A program made the position numbers and the translations under genes. This document shows, piece after piece, positions 23,610-33,354 of a stretch of DNA of 64,000 nucleotides (positions are counted from its first letter, which is position 1; each line of letters starts with the position of its first letter). Source of the stretch: Macrostomum lignano (lineage: Eukaryota); contig NIVC01001407.1 of NCBI GenBank assembly GCA_002269645.1, positions 1 to 64,000 on the forward strand, given 5' to 3'. The notes under the pieces are model-generated. The model was not told where the DNA came from. It did no database searches and saw only the letters and a list, made by a program, of their open reading frames with translations.

Positions 23610-26600
23610 ATGGAGCGGAAGCTGAGAGCGACGCTGGAGGCTGGAGACAGCGAGGAGCTGCAGCGACTGTGCGGTGAGGTCGGCAGCAACATCGAGCTGG
23701 AGGTGGGCGGGTTCGACAAGCAAGACTTTCCTTTTGAAGAGCTTCGCAAAATGCCGCTGGTCCATCACGTGGCCTGCAAGCCGGTGAGATTGTCGTGCCT
23801 GGAGCTACTGATTGACAGATTCGGACCCGGCTGTCTGAAATACAGAAATGGTAGGAGTTATGGTGAGACTCCAGTGCAATTGGCAGCACAGCATCAGGAC
23901 GAATCTTGGATGAAGCTGGTTAAAGAGAAGGGAGGCAGAGACTGCTTGAGAATTGTCGATGGATCGGGACGGACAGTCGCTCACTTTGCTGCTTTAAACA
24001 AAAAAAGCAACTCTTGTCTGAAGTGGCTGGTGAAGGAGGTCGGCAGCGACTGTCTCACAGTTCCTGACGAATACGGTGACACGGCCGTCCATTTGGCCAC
24101 TCAGCATCAGGGCATCGAGTCGCTGGAGTGGATCAAGAGACAGATCGGAACTAACTGCTTTCGGCTAAAGGGACTGTGTGATAGAACAGCATTTCACTTT
24201 GCTGCTCAGAAGTTTGACAACTCAAATCTGAAGTGGCTGGTGAAGGAGCTCGGCAGCGACTGTCTCACAGTTCCTGACAGATTCGGTCACACGGCCGTCC
24301 ATTTAGCCGCTCAGCATCAAAGCATAGAGTCACTGGAGTTGATCAAGAGACACATCGGAACTAACTGCTTTCGGCTAAAGGGACAGTGTAACAGAACAGC
24401 ATTTCACATTGCTGCTCAGAAGTCTGACAATTCAAATTTGAAGTGGCTGGTGAATGAGCTCGGCAGCGACTGTCTCACAGTTCCTGACAAGTACGGTGAC
24501 CCAGCCGTCCTTTGGGCCGCAAGGTGTCAGCCAGTCGACTCTCTTCAGTTCATTTTTGACCGAATCGGAGCCGAAATGTTCAGCTTGAAGTACATGAAAG
24601 GCGAAACACTGGTTGATGCTGTTGAGAGTGATCCGTGCCGCACAGACCGGTCAGCAAAGCGGGCCTGGATTTCCTCCACGCAACGGCGGCTCGAAGCCTC
24701 TCGGCCTCCCGCTGGCAGCTCAGCGCCGACTGCCGCCTCAGCTGGGTGAGTCCTGACCACAGATACTAAAATAACTACATGGGCCACTCAGGCACATATA
24801 CACGTATACTTCATAAAACAGCTTTCTACTTTAGTTCAGTAGCAAAAAAGAATACATAAGCCATTTTACGGCTCGTATATAAATAAAGGCAGCTGAAATG
24901 ACTTTGATAAGTTAAGGAGCTTAAGGAACTTAAACAACTTGCTAATTGGTTCAGCAAAAATGTACATTACCCAGTCCACTGAAATGTACATGCATGACAG
25001 GATTAGGATGGAATTCCGAGAAAGGCATTAAAAACTGGGGCGGGCCGGGGCCGGGAGGGGAGGGGGTAAGGTGGAAAGACGCGATTGGAGGATTTAAGCT
25101 GAGGGAGGGGTAAGAGCCAATAAAATGAGACTTAAGTTTAAAAATGTGCATTAAAATGCTTCTGTTTAACTTGCTACTAAACTGAAAGTAGCAAGTTAAA
25201 CAGAATGTCCTGAGTGGAGCATCTAGTTATTCTACGAGTAGAATCCGTTGTCCTGACTGAGAGATGCTGTCTGACACTGAAATACTGAAATATTTTTGGC
25301 AAAAATTCATTTTGCTTTGATGATCGGCGCCCTGAAGTTCTCATGGCGCCGCAATCTCCCATGACGCCACCCAAAGCTTAATCTGCAGGAGCTTTTTATG
25401 CACGATGCAGTGTTCAAATGCTGTCTTGGCGACCTAGACATGTTTAAAAGTCTCACTCGTAAAACGCTTCCTACAGCGCTGCAGCTCCGCGTCCCCGCCT
25501 GCGAGCTCGGGAGCGCGTCCAGCCCCCTGGGCCGACTCCGGCATCGGAGGTCGGACTGCCTGACAAGACCCGGTGAGTCCGCGCTGAAAATATGAGCGGC
25601 AGTTGATGACGGTTGAAGGTGAGTGACGAAGAAGGGTGGTGACGCAGAAGGCTGACTGACTCAAAAGTACTCAGGAAGCCCCAAGTAACACAAAATTTAT
25701 CCAATTCCTTCACCTCATGTTTTCAGCGCCAAGAAGCAGCTGGACCCCAGCTTCACCGACTGGGACTTCATCCTGCACAAAAACAAGAAGCAGCTCATGG
25801 GCCGTGGTGGATTCGGAAAGGTGTACAAGGTCGTCACAGACCGAAATCAGACGGTGGCTGTCAAGGTGCTGCCCCTGAGCGGCACCGGCCAATCGGGGAA
25901 GCTGCAGAAAGCTGTCGAGATGGAGAAGCGGGGAGTTGAGATCCTCAAGCGACTCTCGCATCCCAACATTGTGCAGTTCCTCAAGTGCGAGCATAAGTCG
26001 GATGGGCTGTACATCTTCACAGAGCTGGTCTCGGGTCACAGCCTCCTTGAGCTGATGCAGCGTCAGAACAAGCCGTTTAAGGAGTCCGGGGTCAGGGACT
26101 TCTCCAGACAGGTGTGTCTCTGGGTTCTTTGGGATTGCTTGGCATGTATGGGATCAGTGTGGGATCAATGTGGGATCAGTGTGAGATCAGTGTGGGATTA
26201 GTGTGGGATCAGTGTAGGATCAGTGTGGAATCAGTGTGGTTGAGATCCAAAATGAATTGATCCGATTTTATGATTGCTCAAAACTGCTCCACCCGCAGAT
26301 CTGCTCAGGCCTGAACTTCCTGCACTGCCAGCAGCGGGGCGCCATCTTGCACCGTGACATCAAGAGCTCAAACGTGATGCTCACCAACGAGGGCGTCATC
26401 AAGCTGATCGACTTCGGTCTGGCCAGGGAGATCTTCAACACCTGCAGCCTGAGCGCAGGCAACCAGCCAAAAGGCACCTGGCACTTCATGGCGCCCGAGA
26501 TGCTCATGGGCGAGGGCAATTCGATTCCGTACTCAGCCAAGACCGACGTGTGGGCCTTCGGCTGCACCGTGTATGAGCTGACGACCATGCAGCCTCCTGA

Positions 26601-26784
26601 CGGCAACGAGCCGCAGCAGCGCATCGTCATCCTGAGATACGGAGAGCGGGCGATGCCTCGGATTGCGGACGGGTTCTCAGCCGGCCTGAAGGACTTCTAC
26701 CTCAGGTGCGTAGACTATGACCCGAGGAAGCGAGCGGACACCGCGGAGCTGCTGCGGCACAGCTTCCTGAGTGCCTCATCGTGA
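23610..26784 (+). CDS. Ankyrin-repeat + Ser/Thr kinase fusion protein, copy A (~700 aa; MAP3K19/YSK4-like STE kinase domain)
   Basis: Exons 23610-24745, 25477-25572, 25727-26111, 26299-26784 (2103 nt, open frame). Exon 1 has ~8-9 35-aa ankyrin repeats. Kinase motifs: GRGGFGKVY, VAVK, HPNIVQF, HRDIKSSNVML..EGVIKLIDFG, GT..FMAPE, DVWAFG. The apparent stop of the ankyrin ORF lies inside the donor GG|GTGAGT. Confidence 0.88.
26149..26237. repeat. 11-bp repeat (GTGGGATCAGT)n in kinase intron of copy A (shorter in copy B, ~35375-35410)
   Basis: Direct reading; copy number differs between paralogs. Confidence 0.9.
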
Positions 26785-26858
26785 CTGCGAGAGCGATGCG
26801 CTGTGAGGGAGCGGAGCGACTCTTGAAGCGGGCGGTTTTGCTTGCTGACGTTGTCTGT

Positions 26859-27212
26859 TTTTGTTTATCCGATTGCTATTTTTGTTTATCTGATCGTACT
26901 TTTGTTTATCTGATCGTACTTTTGTTTATCTGATCGTACTTTTGTTTATCTGATCGTACTTTTGTTTATCTGATCGTACTTTTGTTTATCTGATCGTACT
27001 TTTGTTTATCTGATCGTACTTTTGTTTATCTGATCGTACTTTTGTTTATCTGATCGTACTTTTGTTTATCTGATCGTACTTTTGTTTATCTGATCGTACT
27101 TTTGTTTATCTGATCGTACTTTTGTTTATCTGATCGTACTTTTGTTTATCTGATCGTACTTTTGTTTATCTGATCGTACTTTTGGTTATCTGATCGTACT
27201 TTTGTTTATCTA
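26859..27212. repeat. 20-bp minisatellite (TTTTGTTTATCTGATCGTAC)n
   Basis: Homogeneous 20-bp period just 3' of the copy A stop. Confidence 0.97.
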
Positions 27213-27592
27213 ATTACATCTTTTGATTAATCAACTGTTTTTGATTTTAATTTCAACTGAAATTTTAATTTTATATATTTGACTGCCCCTGGGCTTGTTT
27301 TACCGGTTGCTCTTTCCAATTAATGAGACATTTTTTTGCTGACTCGAGTGCTATTCCAGTAAACTCCGGCACAAGGCCAATCACAATTTCCCCAATCTGC
27401 TCAGACTGCTCAATGCCGACTCCAGATTTTCTGTTGCCGAGAATTTTTCACATTTTTCAGCCACCGGTTTGGCGCTTTTCCGGCTCTGATTTTTGTATTT
27501 GATTTTTGGACTGACTTTTTATTAGCAACTGTTGGAGCAGGAAGTCCAGTGCTTACTCAAAATTTCTCAGTTAAATATACAGCCACCGTTTG

Positions 27593-27815
27593 GCTTGCCG
27601 TGACCCGTGGTGTCCTGACTTGCCGTGACCCGCTGTGTCCTGACTTGCCGTGACCCGCTGTGTCCTGACTTGCCGTGACCCGCTGTGTCCTGACTTGCCA
27701 TGACCCGCTGTGTCCTGACTTGCCGTGACCCGCTGTGTCCTGACTTGCCGTGACCCACTGTGTCCTGACTTGCCGTGACCAGCTGTGTCCTGACTTGCCG
27801 TGACCAGCTGTGTCC
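27593..27815. repeat. 25-bp minisatellite (TGCCGTGACCCGCTGTGTCCTGACT)n
   Basis: ~9 copies. Confidence 0.95.
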
Positions 27816-28516
27816 CATTTCATATTTCAATATTTCGCAGCATCATTTCTGAGCCCCACTCAGTCCAATGCACAGAACAGGTGGGAAGGCAGAGCTGATG
27901 AAGCAGGAATGCAGTGAAGCTGGCCATTGTTTTCAAAGGGCTTGCAGAGTGTCATGAGGTCTGAGGCTGCCTCACGGCTCGGCCCCTCACGCAGTGAGCA
28001 GGAGATGTGCAGAGCCCTTAACTGCACATACGCTGCAGAGCTGCTCCAGTTGCCATGGCAACGGGGGAGACTCGAGCTCGGAGAGACACAGAGAAGTCTG
28101 TGGACAGCTGAGCAATCTGCTCACCTGGAGGCTGGGTGGTACGGCTTGTTGCTTCATCTGCACAAAAGGGAGTTCGAACGAGCATCAGCCATTCTGTGCA
28201 TCTCTTTTGAACAGCTGATGCTGCATCAATGATGCTGGCAGACACTTGAGTCTGTGCTCACTCAGTGCACTGTGCAATGTGCATAAATAATTGTTTGCAG
28301 TGGCTTCGCATTGCATTGAACTGAGACAATGGCGGGGCATGAGGGCTGCTCAGCCACCTCAGCGGGGCGCCGCTGTTTTGAGCAGGAAATGAGAATAAAA
28401 CCGCATTTCTGATTTTATTTGGACCGAACTTGGTGGGAAACACTGTTGAGACTACTCTAGGTAGCAGAGTATGGTTTTAGACTGAATGCACACTTGCCGT
28501 GTTAGATATGGCTGTG

Positions 28517-28690
28517 TCCTGTTAGACATGGGAGTCTCCTGTTAGACATTGGAGTCTCCTGTTAGACATGGGGGTCTCCTGTTAGACATGGGAGTCTCCT
28601 GTTAGACATGGGAGTCTCCTGTTCGACATGGGAGTCTCCTGTTAGACATGGGAGTCTCCTGTTCGACATGGGAGTCTCCTGTTAGACATG
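28517..28690. repeat. 20-bp minisatellite (CCTGTTAGACATGGGAGTCT)n
   Basis: ~8 copies. Confidence 0.93.
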
Positions 28691-28747
28691 AGAGTCTTCT
28701 GTTAGGGATAGGCATGCAGCCAGATCTGCATGCCTATCCCAAGCCTT

Positions 28748-29163
28748 TGTGTCTGGCTCTGTGTCTGGCTTTGTGTCTGGCTCTGTGTCTGGCTTTGTGT
28801 CTGGCTTGGTGTCTGGCTCTGTGTCTGGCTTTGTGTCTGGCTTGGTGTCTGGCTTGGTGTCTGGCTTTGTGTCTGGCTTGGTGTCTGGCTTGGTATCTGG
28901 CTCTGTGTCTGGCTTTGTGTCTGGCTTGGTGTCTGGCTTGGTATCTGGCTTTGTGTTTGGCTTGGTGTCTGGCTCTGTGTCTGGCTTTGTGTCTGGCTTG
29001 GTGTCTCGCTCTGTGTCTGGCTTTGTGTCTGGCTTGGTGTCTGGCTTTGTGTCTGGCTTTGTGTCTGGCTCTGTGTCTGGCTTTGTGTCTGGCTTTGTGT
29101 CTGGCTCTGTGTCTGGCTTTGTGTCTGGCTCTGTGTCTGGCTCTGTGTCTAGTGTTTGGCTCT
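28748..29163. repeat. 12-bp minisatellite (GTGTCTGGCT(T/C)(T/G))n
   Basis: 12-bp period; gives CLAL/SGFV/DTKP pseudo-ORFs. Confidence 0.96.
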
Positions 29164-29784
29164 GCCTGACAGTGCCTGAATGGAAAAAAGTCACCTTACC
29201 TTACCTATGTTACAGACTACAGGAATTACCGACAGCAAAAGCTCGGCTATACGTTTACGTGAGAAATGCCACCAGTTCCTTGTGCTCTAAAAGTGCAATT
29301 TAGACGCTGTAAAATCGTTCAATCAAACAAATAAAAAGTGACGTCATGACGTCATGACGTCGAGCAACAGGCCATCATTGAGCAGTGCTTTGAGCAGAAA
29401 TGCGTTGATGTGCCGGATGTCAGCTTCGGCAACAGGGAGGGTCTGTCGTTATGCCAGGTGTGTTTCAGTTGCTGCTTTTTTTCTCCGCTGTTGCTGCTTT
29501 GTTTCTCCGCTGTTGCTGCTTTGTTTCTCCGCTGTTGCTGCTGTTTTTCTTTGCTGTTGCTTCTTCCGCTGTTTGTTCTTCTCCCGTCTCCTCTTCTCCT
29601 CTTCCCTTTTCCCTCTTTCCCTCCTCCCATCTTTCTCTCTTCCATGCTTAAGGAATGAAATTCTCTTTTTTAGCTGTTTCATTAGCAATTTTTTCTTTGT
29701 CCATAAATTTTTTCTAGACAAATGTTACTGGCTGTTTAACCATACATTTGCTTCAAATGAAATCTGCGTGCGAGGCCTTACTGT

Positions 29785-29880
29785 CTAAATACACCATCAC
29801 AGACAGGATTGTCACCATCACAGACAGGATTGTCACCATCACAGACAGGATCGTCACCATCACAGACATGATTGTCAGCA
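29785..29880. repeat. 21-bp repeat (CACCATCACAGACAGGATTGT)n
   Basis: ~4 copies. Confidence 0.85.
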
Positions 29881-29937
29881 ATTACCAGAAAGTTTCAAAG
29901 ATTCTCAAGAAATTTCAAAAACGCTTTGTGACAACAT

Positions 29938-30360
29938 AAAGGTCAAGGGTCGTGCGGAAATTGCTAAGAGATCAAAGGTCAATGGGGAATTGCTGAGAGT
30001 TTATGGGTCATGCAGGAATTGCTGAGAGGTCAAAGGTCATGCGGGAATTGCTGAGAGATCAAAGGTCATGCGGGAATTGCTGAGAGTTTATGGGTCATGC
30101 GGGAATTGCTGAGAGATCAAAGGTCATGCGAGAATTGCTGAGAGATCAAAGGTCATGCAGGAATTGCTGAGAGATCAAAGGTCAATGGGGGAATTGCTGA
30201 GAGATCAAAGGTCATTGGGGAATTGCTGAGAGGTCAAAGGTCATGCGGGAACTGCTGAGAGATCAAAGGTCATGGGGGAATTGCTGAGAGTTTAAGAGTC
30301 ATGCGGGAATTGCTGAGAGGTCAAAGGTCATGCGAGAATTGCTGAGGGGTTAAGGGTCAG
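29938..30360. repeat. ~29-bp minisatellite (GAGATCAAAGGTCATGCGGGAATTGCTGA)n
   Basis: ~14 moderately diverged copies. Confidence 0.93.
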
Positions 30361-31239
30361 TGACTTCAATGCAAGGCTCTAAAGTCGAACCCCAGGTTTG
30401 CTCAATTTGTCTTCTGTCATTCTCAAAAATCTGTTCGAGGATGCCGTCTCAATCTCAAAGTCTGACTTCATGACGTGTCTGTTAAACTTCTGCCATGATA
30501 CAGCTTAGCGTCACCGGCTGTGTTTTGCTGTAATTGCTTTACTATTATAGGATGAGCTGTGCTTCTAAGATTAGAATCTTAGCTCTAGGCTTCATTAATG
30601 GGCTTAAGATTACAATTTGATTCTCGAATCTCTGTTGGACTACCTGGCCTCGGCAGAGATCGAATTCCGGCAGGCAGGTGAGCAAAGCCAGCACCCGTCT
30701 GGAAAAATGAACTTTTGTGTATAATTTTGAATAATTAAGATTGATATCGTTTGAGACAGCCTATTTATGGCCAGTAAAATACAATTATTTTAATTTTTGT
30801 GGCATGTAAACCTTTTGCTCAGAGTGATTCGGTACAGAACTGTCTACTTAATGATTCAATCATGTAATCATGTCTTCTACTAAACAGCATAGCTCATGTT
30901 TCCACGAATTTTTCATTTAATTCAGAAATATTTCACATCCTGGTTTTACAGCAGCTGCAATGCTCAGCTGCCTCGGCTTTGAGCACTCTGGGAGGCAGAT
31001 TTCTAAGAAGCTGAAAGCACGAGTCATAGTTTTTATTGTATTCTCAAGTTCGTATGCTGTCAGCTCAAATAGCACCCGTATTTTTAACTTGCAATGAATG
31101 ACAATGAATTGAAATCAAATGTGATTGGTATTTCAGTGCAATAATTTTGTGTGTTATTCCCATTTGAACTAAGAATATTAAGGATTCTGTAGCTCAGTTT
31201 GTCAGTGGAGTTGCTGGTAGGTTATGACCGTGGGCGCAA

Positions 31240-32280
31240 TGATCCTACTACTGACATAATTAGCTACAGACCAATTAGTTTAGCCTCTTGCCTGTGTAAA
31301 CTCTATGAAAAGGTAATGGCAAGAAATCTGCTAATCATAATTGAAAACAAAGGAATAATCAATGCAGACCATTGTACATTCGACAATATGTTGCGACTCT
31401 CAGATGATGTGCTGGAAATACTCCAGGCTTAAAAACAATATCATTGACGTCATCATGTGTCTTTGATGGCGTCTGGCAGACATTGGTCAGAATATAGTTC
31501 CCAGTTACCTTGACGACAGGGAATTCGAATTCAGGTAGGTGGAGCTGTCAGCGAAGCCTTCAAGTCGGCTGCTGGCGTTACTCTCAAGGTGGGGTGTTGT
31601 CTCGACTCCTCTTCATTGTGCTTGTCAGCTCGATAGAGACTCAATGGCTGCTTCATCACCTAGAAAAAGTGGCTGGGTGACGTTTGCATCACTATCAATC
31701 CAGCGAAAAGCAAGCCTGTCTCTTTAAGTTTAAAGGAAATCACGCACATCACAGGTCTTGATAAGCCGTCCATCAAACCTGGTCAGGAAGACATCCAATA
31801 CTTTGATTCTGCTGTCTTCCTAGATGTACTCAACTTTATCCAGAACGGCTGGCATCACAATGCCCAGGCTCAACTCAATAAGAAGGATCGCTCGGAGTAC
31901 CAGGATCGCCCAACTTAACTTGCGCTCAGACTGATTCACGGGTCTTACATTGAGAGCGGCATTACATACTTCATTATTAACTTCAGGTCCTCCAAAACCG
32001 GACGCTCAGGATTTCCCTTGATGCGCCTAAGTACACTAAAATCAGCTACTTACTGCATGATTCCAGCAAGATGCCCAGGTTTAAAGAGGGAATATGGATC
32101 CTGGTTAAAATATGGCATAAAAAAGTCACAAAAGGGTTCCATAGCTTTGACCTCAAAGATTGGAGCAGGCCGCCGACCATAGAGTCCCTGCTACCACCAA
32201 ACTCAGAAGAGCCATGAATAACTTGAAATATTGATCTCAGGACCTCGCTGGGGATATAGGCCTCCTCCCAGCTTCCCAAA
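31240..32280 (+). mobile_element. Degenerate non-LTR retrotransposon (LINE) reverse-transcriptase fragment
   Basis: SYRPISLASCLCKLYEKVMA at ~31260 and QGGVLSRLLFIV at ~31575 (the GVPQGSVLSPLLF motif); many stops and frameshifts; boundaries approximate. Confidence 0.75.
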
Positions 32281-32667
32281 CATTGCCTCTTTCAAGACTC
32301 ATACTGACTACAATGAAAAATACCCCACTTATATTATTTGTTTGGCTAATCACCCCATATTTCTCTTTGCACTGTAGCGCGTAAACAGTTTTTTACACCT
32401 CTAAAATATTTGTATTAGTAATCATTTTTCGTTTGTATTGTTGAATTGTTTTAATTTTTTTAATTGCTTAAAATTGATTTACTTTTACACCTGCCTCCAG
32501 CTCTTTTTGCGAGTGCTTTTTACTCCTGTCCTCCTTTCCTCTAATATTTATTACTTGAATTGCCATTACTCCTGCAATATTTATTTCGCTTTGTCTAACT
32601 CGGGAATCGGAAATTTTACAATCAAATTCAAACGAAAATTACAGAAAATATTAGCAGAAGAGCCCGG

Positions 32668-32748
32668 AAACCTGTTAGATACTGATGTCACCTGTTAGAT
32701 ACTGATGTCTCCTGTTAGATACTGATGTCTCCTGTTAGATACTGATGT
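32668..32748. repeat. 20-bp repeat (CCTGTTAGATACTGATGTCT)n
   Basis: ~4 copies. Confidence 0.88.
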
Positions 32749-33354
32749 AAAGTGTCAGTGGCAAACCCAAGCGGAATTTTCCATTCATTTGAATTCAGCA
32801 ACAGAAAAATCCTGAGTCAAGCATTTTCAGCAAAATATTTGCCATGCATCTCATCTGCAAACTAAATTAAAAATAATCACAGAACTCTGCTTGAATCAAG
32901 GCCTCAGCCCTGCCCTACCTCCCCTCTCCATCTCTCTCTCCTCGTATCTCAGCTGCCGCCCCTTCACCCCTGCCCACTGACAATGCACTTGCTATGCCGA
33001 GCACGCAGCCACAGTCAGCTCTCATTGTTTAACTCAGCAGAGCTCGCAGCATCTCACTGCTCCTGCATCTCTCACCCCGCTGAGCAGAGCAGCTGCCGGA
33101 CCCCCTGGCACCCAATCAGGCCTCAAACACAGCCGCTGGGTCAGAGAAGAGAATCGGCCTCAGTCCATTTAAACAAATTTCTCTGCACAGGGAGAGCTCA
33201 GAGATTTCAGTCCGTGACAGCGGGACTTTTGCTGCTGCTGCTGAGCTGGCAGGCAAATTCGCTTGAAGAAGAGCAAAGCACTCAGTTTGAAGCCGTGTGG
33301 AACAGCTGCGGCAGACAGCAGATCGGCAGAGAAGCGCTGCTAGGATAAGCCAGC

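Noticed and set aside
23535-24749. Ankyrin ORFs (also 33355-34521) as stand-alone single-exon genes
   Set aside because: Their TGA lies inside a consensus donor (GG|GTGAGT) conserved in both copies, and in-frame downstream exons lead to the kinase.
30640-30700. Second possible B-box (GAGATCGAATTCC) / SINE
   Set aside because: Poor match and no A-box at the right distance.
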